DNA of 64,000 bases from Steroidobacteraceae bacterium (GTDB lineage Bacteria; Pseudomonadota; Gammaproteobacteria; Steroidobacterales; Steroidobacteraceae). Below, one piece after another: positions 27,933 to 37,166 of this stretch. The DNA lies in assembly GCA_035720205.1 (NCBI GenBank), contig DASTOQ010000118.1, positions 6,546-70,545 on the forward strand, written 5' to 3'. Every line of letters begins with the position of its first letter. The first letter of the stretch is position 1. The position numbers and the translations under genes were made by a program. The notes under the pieces were generated by a model. That model was not told the DNA's origin. It saw only the letters and a list, made by a program, of their open reading frames with translations, and ran no database searches.

Positions 27933-28035
27933 CGAACACCTCCGGTCAGGTGGGACCAGGCGCCAAAATACCACGAGTGGCGCCCGCGGGCAGCGCCGGC
28001 GGTCCCCATAGTCGCCGGATGGCGACGCAGGGAAC

Positions 28036-30789
28036 TCAGAATCGGTAGGCGAAGTCGATCTTGGCCGTCGTGCCGATCTTCTGCTCGAGCACGTCCACGC
28101 CACCCTGTTCGATGACCGTGTCCTCCCCCAGCAGGTTTTGCAGGCGGAGCTTCAGGCTCATCCGGTCGGTCGGATGGAAGGTGTAGACGAGATCGAGCGA
28201 ATTGAATGGCTGCTCACGCGCGTCGTCGGCGCCGCCTCGACCGGCGAAGAAGATCCGCTCGCTGTACATGTTGTACGCCAGCGAGGCGCTGTGCATGCCG
28301 CCAGGCGAATCGAAGCCGAGCTGCAGGTTGACGACCAGGTCCGAGTGCTGCGTCATCGGCCGCTTGTTATTGGTCAGGTTCGGGGCTGCGCCGCCGATCG
28401 TGATCTCGGAATCACTGACCGTGACGTTGCCCGACAGGAAGAACGCGTCGGTCCAGCCGCCGCCGCTCAGGAAACCCAGCCCCTTGAGCCCCTCGACTTC
28501 CAGGCCGTAGAGCTCCGCCGACTCGGCATTGATGAAGGTCAACCCGATGTTGTCGTCGGAGCCCGGGGCCTCGATGGTCTCGATCGGATTCGTGATGTCC
28601 TTGTAGAACAGCGACAGCGTCAGGTTGTCGCCGCCGGCGAAGAACCACTCGGCGCGCAGGTCGAAGTTCGAGAGCTCCGAGTCGAGCAGGTCCGGGTTGC
28701 CGCGCACGCGCGCCTCGGTCAGCGGGTCGATGTAGGTCGCTCCCGATACCTCGCGCAGGTCGGGCCGCGCCACCGTCTCGCTCCAGCCGAAGCGCAGCTG
28801 GAACTCGCCGGCCCAGAAACCGGGAATCATCCGGGTCACCGCCAGCGCCGGGTAGTAGTCATCGCCGGACTTGGTGATCGACCGCAGGTATTCGCCGAGG
28901 TCGTCGCCCTCGAACGGGATCTTGCCGATAGCCGGGTCGAACTGCAGCGGGTCGACCGGCACCGCGAGGCGCTCGAAGTCCTCCCAGCGCACGCCGCCGG
29001 TGAGGCGCCAGCGGTCGTTGAAATTGACGTCCATCTTGCCCCAGACGGCGTCCACCGTCTCGCCGGCGAGATAGCTCTCGGTGCCGATGCCGCCGATCGA
29101 CAACTCGAAGCCGTTCGTCGGGTCCAGGATGTTCGCGTCCGTGAACACCTGCCCCGGCGTGCCGACCAGGATCGGCTGGGCCGCCGCGGCCTGCGTGCCG
29201 AACTGCAGCTGCGTCTGGATGTAGCCGCGGCCCTTCTCGTAGTAGTCATAGCCGCCGCTCACCTCGACCAGGTTCGCACCCCAGGTGAACGGGAGCGCGA
29301 TCTTCGAGCCGTAGCTGGTCGCGGTGTCCTCGAGATCCGTGAAGCGGTACTCGGCCGCCGACAGGGACGAGCGGATCGACGTGCTCAGTACCTCGTCGGT
29401 GACCGGGTCCACGGTTTCGTTCGCCGTGAACAGCATCTCGCTGGGAATGTCGGTGCGCGCCTTCGATTCGGAGTAGTACCAGTCCACCGCCAGGTCACGG
29501 GCGATGGCCGGGTTCAGCCAGCCGGGCTTCCAGCGTTCCAGCAGCTCGCTGGTCGCCTGGCCGAGCTTGTGCTCGCCGCGCAGCTGGTAGAGCTCGAGCT
29601 CCCTCTCCTCGAAGCGGATCCGGTAGTTTCGCAGGCCGATGCCCGACGACTGCGGGAAGTTGGCGTTGTGGCCGCGCGTCAGCGAGGCCTCGTCTTCGCT
29701 GTTGCGCAGATAGATCGCCGTGGCTTCGACATGGTGCTCTTCGGCGAAGTCCACGCCGACGCCCAGCGAGCCGGTCATCACGACCTGGTTGGTCGTGCGC
29801 AGCTGGAAGTCGCGGTCGTTCTCCGGGTCCAGCACGGACCGAAGGGTGCGCTCGCGGTTGCGCCAGCTGTTCGAGTAGTCGCCGAGCGCGAGCATGCCGA
29901 TCTTCCACTGCTCGGCGTCGCCCAGGTACCAGCTGTTGCCGATGGAAGCCTCGATCGACTTGTCCGGCTCGATGGATTTCGACTGGAAATCCACGTCACG
30001 GTACAGGCTGGTCGCGAGCTGGCGGTTGATCGCCTGGGCCTCCGCGAAGCTGTGGAACTGCCCGTCCTTCAGCAGCTCGGTGAAGATGCTGGTCGAGCTG
30101 ATGTTGCCGCGGTAGGTCTGGATCGCGTCCTGGATCGCCGCCGGCAGCGCTCGCGTGCCGTCGTCGGTGCCGAGATCGTCGTCGCCGCCGCCCTGGTACG
30201 TCAGGCCGTCGCCCGAGCTCTCCGAGTTCGTTCCGAGGCCCACCTGGAAGTTGAAGTGGAAGTCGTCCGGCAGCGCGCGCGTGCGGATGTCGACGTTGCC
30301 GCCGCCGAAGGCGGCCGGCTGGTCCACCGAGTAGCCTTTCTGGATCGAGATGTTGCCGACGATCTCGGCCGGGAACAGGTCCATCGGGATCACGTTGCGC
30401 GTCAGGTCCGGCGACGGCACGTAGGCGCCGTTGACCGTCGTGCTCGAATAACGCTCGCCGAGCCCGCGGATGTAGATGAACTGGTCACCGACCAGCGTCA
30501 CGCCGGGCAGCCGCCGCAGCGCCAGCGACACGGTGCTGTCGCCGACGCGGCTGATCTGCTCGATGCTGATCAGGTCGGCGACGACTTCCGCGTCGATGCG
30601 CTCCTGCAGGATCTCGTCCGCCGCCGACCGCTGACGGCCGACCACTTCGACGTCCTCGAGCTGGGCCGGCGCCGCTGCCGCCGCATCCGCCTCGTCGCCC
30701 TGCGCGACCGGCACCATCAGGGTGCCGGCCAATGCCGATGCACCGACCAAGGCCCGGCGCACGGCCGCGGCCAGCGATATCCCGTTCAT
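28036..30789 (-). CDS. TonB-dependent receptor (large, Xanthomonas/Caulobacter-type)
   Basis: Start at MNGISLAAAV (30789) with GGGGGAGG upstream. Plug motifs VEVVGRQ, FIYIRGLGERYSSTTVNG and DLFPAEIV. C-terminus ...DFAYRF. Confidence 0.9.
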   Translation of the reverse strand: MNGISLAAAVRRALVGASALAGTLMVPVAQGDEADAAAAAPAQLEDVEVVGRQRSAADEILQERIDAEVVADLISIEQISRVGDSTVSLALRRLPGVTLVGDQFIYIRGLGERYSSTTVNGAYVPSPDLTRNVIPMDLFPAEIVGNISIQKGYSVDQPAAFGGGNVDIRTRALPDDFHFNFQVGLGTNSESSGDGLTYQGGGDDDLGTDDGTRALPAAIQDAIQTYRGNISSTSIFTELLKDGQFHSFAEAQAINRQLATSLYRDVDFQSKSIEPDKSIEASIGNSWYLGDAEQWKIGMLALGDYSNSWRNRERTLRSVLDPENDRDFQLRTTNQVVMTGSLGVGVDFAEEHHVEATAIYLRNSEDEASLTRGHNANFPQSSGIGLRNYRIRFEERELELYQLRGEHKLGQATSELLERWKPGWLNPAIARDLAVDWYYSESKARTDIPSEMLFTANETVDPVTDEVLSTSIRSSLSAAEYRFTDLEDTATSYGSKIALPFTWGANLVEVSGGYDYYEKGRGYIQTQLQFGTQAAAAQPILVGTPGQVFTDANILDPTNGFELSIGGIGTESYLAGETVDAVWGKMDVNFNDRWRLTGGVRWEDFERLAVPVDPLQFDPAIGKIPFEGDDLGEYLRSITKSGDDYYPALAVTRMIPGFWAGEFQLRFGWSETVARPDLREVSGATYIDPLTEARVRGNPDLLDSELSNFDLRAEWFFAGGDNLTLSLFYKDITNPIETIEAPGSDDNIGLTFINAESAELYGLEVEGLKGLGFLSGGGWTDAFFLSGNVTVSDSEITIGGAAPNLTNNKRPMTQHSDLVVNLQLGFDSPGGMHSASLAYNMYSERIFFAGRGGADDAREQPFNSLDLVYTFHPTDRMSLKLRLQNLLGEDTVIEQGGVDVLEQKIGTTAKIDFAYRF

Positions 30790-30811
30790 CACAACCTCCC
30801 CCGGGCCGCGC

Positions 30812-32428
30812 TCAGGGTGCGAACCAGAGCGGCACGTCCGCGTTGGACGGCCGCAGGCCGAAGGCCCACGGCGCTGTCCAGTCATCGTTCTGCTGCACCG
30901 CGCCGAGCCCGGAGGCGTCGGCTACCAGGGTCACGCCGTTGGCGTCCACGATCGAGGCCGCCGTGTAGAACGTGCCCGGGATCAGCACCCGCGTGTCCGG
31001 GTCGGTCACGTTGGCGCCGTCGATGATGAAATTGCCGGTGTTGAACGAGTAGTTCGCCCCGTTCGTGCTCGGGTTGGCCCCCAGAAACCATTCGCGGATC
31101 GGGTCGCCGTTCGCGAGGTTGTCCTTGGTCGGCTCGTTCTCGCAGGCGATGACCGTGTTGGTCACGCGGAAGTCGGCATTCGCCGAGGCGAAGTTCCGCG
31201 ACACGTTGTCGTTGTCGTCGATCTCATAGCACTCGTTCGACGTGCGCGCCGTCACCGTCGAGCCGTAGCCGGAATAGATCAGGCTGTTCTCGAGGATCAG
31301 CTTGGCGCCGCGGCGCATGGTCGGGCCTTCCGAGTCGTCGTGCGTGCCGCCCGCCGACAGGTCCTGGTTGCTGAGGATGCAGGTCATGTTGCGGACGGTC
31401 GGGTGGGTGAGCGGGGCCGTGTCGAGCGGCACGCCCGCGAGCGCCCGGCCCTCGCCGATGTTGTCGCCCTCGATGCAGCGGTTGCCGTCGGTCTGCCACT
31501 GGATCACGAGCGCGGTGTCGATCGTGCCGACGTAGCCGTCGGAGTAGTCGAGCGAGTCGTCGCGCGCGAAAAGCACGACCACGTTGTTCACGTTGACGGC
31601 GCCACCGAAGAACTCGAGGCCGTCGTCGTAGGTGCTGTACACCTGCACGTTTTCGACCACGGTGCCGGAGCCGACGGCGTTGAAGGTGATGCCGTTGAGC
31701 TCGTCGCCGGGGGCCACCTCGAAGCCGGTGTGCTTGACGATCACGTAGCGCAGGATTCCCGAGTTGTCGGCATTGTCGTTGCCGCCGTAGTTCGAGGGCT
31801 GGCCCTCGGACACCACGTGGCACAGGTTGCCCGCGCGCTCGGCGTCGGAGCAGTTGTTGGTGATGCCGTTGCCGTTGATGACCAGGCCGCCCCACTGCTG
31901 CACGTCGTTGGCGCCCGCGGTGCCGGTGATGGCGTCGGTGAACGAGGTGAAGGTGATGGGCGCGGTCGGCGAGCCGTTGGCGACGATCTGCGATCCACGG
32001 TTGATGAGCACGTAGTCGGCGGCGTCCTGGAACACCAGCGTGTTGCCGGCGGCGACCGTGAGCACGGGGCCGGTGCCGCCCGCGGGGGCCGCGCCGGAAG
32101 TCACGTTCTGCCCGACGAACAGGCTGTCCTGGAAGATGTGCTTGCCGGTGATGAACGGGATCGTCAGGTTGACCAGCAGCGGGTTGCTGGCACCGACGAA
32201 GTTCGAGCCGTACACGCAGTTAGTGCCGTCGAACGTGCCCTGGACCGGCTGGTTCGAGTTCGGCGGCGTGTAGCTGGCGCAGGGATTATTGGCGCCGCCG
32301 CCGCCCTGATTGACGCTGTTGTTGACCGAGTTGTCGACCGTGGACACGTTGAGGTCGACACCGCCGCCGGAGCAGGCACCCAGGCCGGCGAGCGCCATGC
32401 CCGCCAGCAGCATTCGAGACATTCTCAT
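30812..32428 (-). CDS. Lipoprotein with Asn/Gly/Thr-rich repetitive (beta-helix-like) sequence, partner of the downstream TonB-dependent receptor
   Basis: Start at MRMSRMLLAGMALAGLGACSGG (32428) with a lipobox and GGGAG SD. 22 nt from the receptor gene. Confidence 0.7.
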   Translation of the reverse strand: MRMSRMLLAGMALAGLGACSGGGVDLNVSTVDNSVNNSVNQGGGGANNPCASYTPPNSNQPVQGTFDGTNCVYGSNFVGASNPLLVNLTIPFITGKHIFQDSLFVGQNVTSGAAPAGGTGPVLTVAAGNTLVFQDAADYVLINRGSQIVANGSPTAPITFTSFTDAITGTAGANDVQQWGGLVINGNGITNNCSDAERAGNLCHVVSEGQPSNYGGNDNADNSGILRYVIVKHTGFEVAPGDELNGITFNAVGSGTVVENVQVYSTYDDGLEFFGGAVNVNNVVVLFARDDSLDYSDGYVGTIDTALVIQWQTDGNRCIEGDNIGEGRALAGVPLDTAPLTHPTVRNMTCILSNQDLSAGGTHDDSEGPTMRRGAKLILENSLIYSGYGSTVTARTSNECYEIDDNDNVSRNFASANADFRVTNTVIACENEPTKDNLANGDPIREWFLGANPSTNGANYSFNTGNFIIDGANVTDPDTRVLIPGTFYTAASIVDANGVTLVADASGLGAVQQNDDWTAPWAFGLRPSNADVPLWFAP

Positions 32429-32539
32429 TGCGAGGAACTCCCAGGAAACCGGTTGATTGCCTGGGAGCAAGGTAGGGGTCGCGAATGTCAGCGCCGTGAC
32501 AGGCGCATGACGGTTGCGTGACAGCCTGCGGACGCCGCC

Positions 32540-32893
32540 TCAGCGCGGTTCACCGCCCTCCGGGCCGTAGAAGAACACCCAGGTGGCGAAATCCTCCGTG
32601 AAATCGACGAAGCGGTGCTCGATGCCGGCCTCCACGAACAGCACGTCGCCGGGTCCGAACGGCGTGCGCGCCGCGCCGTGCGCGAAGCTGCCGGTCCCCG
32701 AGATCACGACGTAGAGCTCGTCGCGCCGGTGCGGCTTCTGTCTGTCGGTGCCCACCGGGCGGTAGATCTCGACTTCCAGCGTGCCGTGGCGGAACAGCGT
32801 CGTGAATTCGCCTCCCGCCCCGGCGAGCGCCGCCAGGGCGTCCTGCGCCGTGAAAGCCGCGCTCGTCGCCCAACGATCCACAGGTGTCGCCAT
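32540..32893 (-). CDS. Cupin-domain protein
   Basis: 117 aa. DELYVVISG...FGPGDVLFVEAGIEHRF, the cupin two-motif pattern. Confidence 0.75.
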   Translation of the reverse strand: MATPVDRWATSAAFTAQDALAALAGAGGEFTTLFRHGTLEVEIYRPVGTDRQKPHRRDELYVVISGTGSFAHGAARTPFGPGDVLFVEAGIEHRFVDFTEDFATWVFFYGPEGGEPR

Positions 32894-33054
32894 TTCAAGT
32901 CACCCCGCCTTTGAATCTGTCAAGCCGGATCTTTTCCAATGTACCAGCAGCGCCGTCCGCGCGCGTCGCCGACCAGCGACAGATTTCAGTTCAGGGGATG
33001 AACCAGGCCGGGGCCTTCGGGTCTCGTTCATCACGTGGAATTGGAGAGCGAATC

Positions 33055-33372
33055 ATGAATGCCAAGTTGACATCGATCCTCGTATCCGGGCTCGCCGCGC
33101 TGTTCGTTGCCGGCGCCGCGGCATCCGAAACCTCCCCGCCCGTGCAGCTCGCCGCGGAGCAGCTGGACGACGGCGCAATCACCGAGAAGGTGAAGGCCGC
33201 GATTGCGGCGGATGCATCGCTCGCCGGCGCCGAGATCGCAGTCGAGACGAACCAGGGCGAGGTGCAGCTGAGCGGCACCGTCGCGAGCGCAGGCGACATC
33301 CAGAAGGCCAGCGCCCTTGCCTTCAGCGTGACCGGCGTGAAGAAGGTCCAGAACAACCTGAAGTCCATGTGA
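33055..33372 (+). CDS. BON-domain periplasmic protein (OsmY-like)
   Basis: ATG at 33055 after GGAGAG. Signal peptide. ITEKVKAAIAADASLAGAEIAVETNQGEVQLSGTV...VTGVKKVQNNL. Confidence 0.8.
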   Translation: MNAKLTSILVSGLAALFVAGAAASETSPPVQLAAEQLDDGAITEKVKAAIAADASLAGAEIAVETNQGEVQLSGTVASAGDIQKASALAFSVTGVKKVQNNLKSM

Positions 33373-33392
33373 CGCAACGGAAGGAGGGGAAC

Positions 33393-33707
33393 ATGTCCGC
33401 CACGGAATACACGCAACGGCATCCGCTCGCCTGGACCCTGATCGCGGTCGTAGCGCTCGCGGGCATCGCGTCCGCAGGCGCGATCCAGGGGTGGCTGCCG
33501 GTGCCGGGGGTCGGGCCCGGACCGCAAGCCGCCAGCTGCGCCGACTGCGCCATCGTCGAGTCGGTGAGCAGTGACCCCTTCCACCACGAAGTCACCGTCC
33601 GCTACGAGGACGGGTCTACGGGCGTCTTCAGCCTGGCTGAGCCGCCGGCCTGGAAGGCCGGTGACCAGGTTCGGGTCGAGGACGGCATCCGTCTGGTGGA
33701 CGGCTGA
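33393..33707 (+). CDS. Small membrane-anchored hypothetical protein with a CxxC motif
   Basis: ATG at 33393 after AAGGAGGGG. One TM (LAWTLIAVVALAGIASAGAI), then CADCAIVESV. Confidence 0.6.
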   Translation: MSATEYTQRHPLAWTLIAVVALAGIASAGAIQGWLPVPGVGPGPQAASCADCAIVESVSSDPFHHEVTVRYEDGSTGVFSLAEPPAWKAGDQVRVEDGIRLVDG

Positions 33708-33746
33708 CCCCGGCTGCGCATCGATTCCCGAGCGCTCGAGCACGGG

Positions 33747-33770
33747 GCCGGCGGCAGGGACGCCGCCGGC
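33747..33770. terminator. GC-rich hairpin between convergent genes
   Basis: GCCGGCGGC-AGGGAC-GCCGCCGGC, a 9-bp stem. No clear U-tract. Confidence 0.4.
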
Positions 33771-33781
33771 TGCGATGCCGC

Positions 33782-34288
33782 TCAGTGGCCGCCCTTGACG
33801 ATGAGGCCGCGGGCGCGCAGCGCTTCCGCGAGCTCGACCTCGATGCGCGCCGCCTCCTGGCGCGCGACGAACTGCAGGTGCTGCACCGGGCCCGTCAGCA
33901 CTTCCATCCCGCGCTTGAGCACCGGGCCCGCGGCGCGGATGCCCGCCTTGTGCTGGTCGAAGCGCAGCGCCGCGCGATAGCGGCTCATGCCCACGTAGAT
34001 GCCGAAGGGCCCGCGCGCGCTGTCGGCGTAGTCGAGCAGGACGAGGTAAAGGTGCGTGCGGCCCGTCCTGCCGGCAACGCACCGGCCGGCGACCTCGTAG
34101 ACCGCCGGCAGCCAGTCCACGAAGCGCATCGGCAGCCAGTCGGGAATGGTGGCCGCCGCACGCTCCCAGAGCCGCGCAAGCGCCGCCTCGACGTTCATCG
34201 GCGGCTCGCCACGCATCCAGAGTTCGTGCACGCAGTGCGCGCCGGCTGCGCCGTCCGCGGCGGCGGTCGCCGCGGCCAGACGCGTCAT
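33782..34288 (-). CDS. GIY-YIG-like domain protein (start uncertain)
   Basis: HLYLVLLDY...GIYVGMSRYRAALRFDQHKAG fits the GIY-(x9-11)-YIG...R...H pattern. The track ORF extends to 34405, but those codons are Arg/Pro-rich; I chose the Met at 34288. Confidence 0.5.
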   Translation of the reverse strand: MTRLAAATAAADGAAGAHCVHELWMRGEPPMNVEAALARLWERAAATIPDWLPMRFVDWLPAVYEVAGRCVAGRTGRTHLYLVLLDYADSARGPFGIYVGMSRYRAALRFDQHKAGIRAAGPVLKRGMEVLTGPVQHLQFVARQEAARIEVELAEALRARGLIVKGGH

Positions 34289-34433
34289 GAGCTGCGGCGC
34301 GGACAGCGCGCGCAGCGGCCGCGAAGCCGGCGAACTCAGTCCTGCGGCGGGCTTTCGGCGGCGGGCGCGACGCGGCGATAAGTGACGCTGAACGGCGGTA
34401 TCCATGCCTCCCCTTCTCGGCGCGGGCGCCGCG

Positions 34434-35030
34434 TCAGCGCTTCGGCGCCTTGTCCGCGATCGTGAAGGTGGCGAGCGCCTTTTCGAAGGTCTCCACGTCG
34501 CGGTCGAAGTACTGGAGCACCGGCGCGCGGTAGCTGATGATGAAGATGCCCTGCGGCGAGTTGGTGCCGACCACGAACTCCCGGTAGCGCAGCGAGCCCG
34601 CGTCCACGGCCGTGCGGTAGCTGAACAGCACCCGGAACCCGGGCCTGCCCGCGACCACGACCGGCTCGTCGGAGAGGATCTCGACGTTCTGCAGCTGGCG
34701 CGCCTGTGTCGCCTCGGCGATGATCTTCTGGGCGAGCTCCTGCGGCGCCATGTCCGGCGTCGAATCCTGGTTGAGCGCGCGAAAGGCCTTGCGGTGCTTG
34801 CGGTAGTCCACCGAGATGGCGTGGATCGAGGGGCCGTCGCGGGAGGCGATGGTCTCGTCGCCGAAGGGCAGCTTGATCCAGCGCCAGCCGGCCGGGTACT
34901 GGATCGAGTAGCCGCTGTTCTTGTGCACGAACGGCGTGCCGTCGGCGACTTCCTTCCATGCGGCCATGGCCGGCGCGGCGAGCGCGAGGCCGGTGAGAAG
35001 CGCGACGATCCTGGTGGCGGCCCTGTTCAT
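34434..35030 (-). CDS. Secreted hypothetical protein
   Basis: 198 aa. Signal peptide ...LALAAPAMA-AW. The ATG overlaps the upstream stop (4 nt). Confidence 0.65.
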   Translation of the reverse strand: MNRAATRIVALLTGLALAAPAMAAWKEVADGTPFVHKNSGYSIQYPAGWRWIKLPFGDETIASRDGPSIHAISVDYRKHRKAFRALNQDSTPDMAPQELAQKIIAEATQARQLQNVEILSDEPVVVAGRPGFRVLFSYRTAVDAGSLRYREFVVGTNSPQGIFIISYRAPVLQYFDRDVETFEKALATFTIADKAPKR

Positions 35031-36208
35031 GGTCCGAGTTCCTTGCTGAGTGATTCGATGTACTGGCGGGCATAACCGCTCTGCCTGGGGTCCGGCTCCA
35101 GCTCGACATAGCGGCGGAACAACGCGAGCGCCCTCGCCTTGTCCCCGGCCCGGTGATGGTGCAGCGCGAGGGCCTGCCAGGTCGGCGCAAAGCCCGGAGC
35201 CTCCAGGATGGTGCGTTCGTACTCCTGCACCGCGCGCTGCGCGTCGACGATGCGCTGCGCCTCCTTTTCCTTCTCGCTGCGGCCGTCCCCGGACTCGCGC
35301 CGCGACTTCTCGGCGCGCAGCCGGAAGCCGTCGGCGAGGTAGAAGCGCGCGTGCGGCGGCAGGGTCGGCAGCAGGTTTTCGTCCTCCAGCAGGAACACCA
35401 GCACCTTGCCGTTGCCGGCGCGGTGGATCTGCTCGACGGCGTTCAGGCGCGCGCCCAGCGTCACGGCGAGGTAGCGGTCGGCGCCGCGCTCGCCCGGCGG
35501 CGGCGACTCGCCGCCGAATTCCATCAGGGTCGTCACGCGGTCCTGCACGTTCGGGTGACTGGCGAAGAAATACGGCCCCCGCTTCATGTGCCGCATTTCC
35601 AGCTCCCGGGCCAGGCGCGCGAATGCCTCGGCGCCGCCGCGCGCGTCGTAGCCCTCGGCGACCATGCGGTCGAAGCCGCCGCGGTCGGACTCGCGCTCGA
35701 AGGAGCGCGAGAACCCGGCCATGGTCGAGTACGCGATGATGCCCACGAGGTCGATCGGCACGCCGAAACCGACGGCGAGAAGCGCGCCGAACGCGGCGAC
35801 GACCGAGGCGCTCTTGGCCGACTTCACGTGGCGATAGACGTGATCTGCGACCACGTGCGTGCCCTCATGGCCCAGCACCGAGGCGAGCTGCGCCTCGTCG
35901 TTCAACCTGAGCAGCGCGCCGGTGTGGAAGTAGATCCCGCCGGTGGCGACCGCGAACGCGTTGAACTCGGGGTCGCGGAACGTCCTCACGCGCAGCTTCC
36001 CCTGCATCTCCGGGAACATCCGGTCCGTGACCTCCTGGAGGTATGCGTCGAGCGCCGGGTCGTCGAACAGGATCCCGCTGTGCTCGATCTGCTGCTCGAA
36101 CTTCGCGGTCTCGAATGCGATGCGGTCGCGCTGCTCCTGCTCCTCGAGCGCAGCGGCGGCGCCGGTGAACAGCAGCAGCAGGATGGCGGATGGAAGTCGC
36201 GCGCGCAT
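35027..36208 (-). CDS. M48-family zinc metallopeptidase with C-terminal TPR region (secreted)
   Basis: 393 aa with signal peptide. HEGTH (HExxH) plus a downstream E (SFERESD). TPR-like tail. Confidence 0.8.
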   Translation of the reverse strand: MRARLPSAILLLLFTGAAAALEEQEQRDRIAFETAKFEQQIEHSGILFDDPALDAYLQEVTDRMFPEMQGKLRVRTFRDPEFNAFAVATGGIYFHTGALLRLNDEAQLASVLGHEGTHVVADHVYRHVKSAKSASVVAAFGALLAVGFGVPIDLVGIIAYSTMAGFSRSFERESDRGGFDRMVAEGYDARGGAEAFARLARELEMRHMKRGPYFFASHPNVQDRVTTLMEFGGESPPPGERGADRYLAVTLGARLNAVEQIHRAGNGKVLVFLLEDENLLPTLPPHARFYLADGFRLRAEKSRRESGDGRSEKEKEAQRIVDAQRAVQEYERTILEAPGFAPTWQALALHHHRAGDKARALALFRRYVELEPDPRQSGYARQYIESLSKELGP

Positions 36209-36220
36209 GGCGAGGCCCGG

Positions 36221-37111
36221 TCAGAACGGCGGAAGCTTCACGACCTTCACCTCGGGGTAGCCGGCAAACATGCCGGTCACGATCTCGGCCGCGGTTTCGG
36301 GCTTGCGCGCGTCGGTGCCGGTCATGCCAAAGACCTGCGCCCCCTCCTTGTAGTTGAACCAGCGGATCGCGCCGTCCTTCAGGTCGATGATGCCCGCCGA
36401 CACGAACGTGCCGCCGCCGAGGCCGCCGAACATGAACTGCATGAACGCCTGCCCGCCGGTCTGCGCGACCTGCAGCCCGCCCAGGATGAAGGCGTAGTCG
36501 GCGCCGCTCTGCTCGGCGAGGAAACGCAGCCCGTCGCCGAGCGAGTAGTCGAAGTTTTCCCAGCGGGCGTTCCAGGCCTTGCCGCCGAACGACTTCAGCA
36601 GCGAGACGTTGCTGGCGATCAGCTTGAAGAATTCCACGTGCTCGCGCAGCAGGCCCGTCGCATCGGCGTCCAGCTCCGGCAGCGGCATGATCTGGAACCG
36701 GCTGTCCTGCTGCAGCATGCGCGCCGCGGCCTCGCCGAGCGCGAACTTCGCCGTCTCGGTCCAGTCCGGCACCGCCTCCAGCCCGGCCACCGAGCGCTGG
36801 TAGACGATGAACTCGACCGGCAGCATCACGATGCGCTTGGCACCCGGCTGCGGCGCGGCGGCCGGGACTTCGGCGGTCGCTTCACCCTCCGGCGCCGCGA
36901 CCTGTTCCGGCGCAGGCTCCGCAGCTTGTTCCGGCGCCGCAGCTTGTTCCGGCGCAGGCTCCACACCCTGTTCGGGCGCCGCCGGCGGGGCCGCGTCTTC
37001 CGCGACTGGCGGCGGCGCCGGGTCCGGCGGTTCCTGGGCGGAGGCGATCGGCTGGCACAGGCAAAGGACCGCGACGGCCATCAGCCGCAGCGAGATGGAT
37101 AGGCTGTTCAT
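36221..37111 (-). CDS. Secreted protein with a Pro/Glu/Ala-rich tandem-repeat linker
   Basis: 296 aa with signal peptide. APEQ-type repeats (PEQGVEPAPEQAAAPEQAAEPAPEQVAAPE), then a globular domain. Confidence 0.65.
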   Translation of the reverse strand: MNSLSISLRLMAVAVLCLCQPIASAQEPPDPAPPPVAEDAAPPAAPEQGVEPAPEQAAAPEQAAEPAPEQVAAPEGEATAEVPAAAPQPGAKRIVMLPVEFIVYQRSVAGLEAVPDWTETAKFALGEAAARMLQQDSRFQIMPLPELDADATGLLREHVEFFKLIASNVSLLKSFGGKAWNARWENFDYSLGDGLRFLAEQSGADYAFILGGLQVAQTGGQAFMQFMFGGLGGGTFVSAGIIDLKDGAIRWFNYKEGAQVFGMTGTDARKPETAAEIVTGMFAGYPEVKVVKLPPF

Positions 37112-37166
37112 GGTAATCGCTCCCCGAGGAAGCGAAGCCTACCCGATCCCCCCGGCTTGTCCAGCC

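Noticed and set aside
28138-32521. Long + strand ORFs 28138..31026 and 30722..32521
   Set aside because: They are antisense to the TonB-dependent receptor and its lipoprotein partner, and their translations are low-complexity and Arg/Val/Asp-rich.
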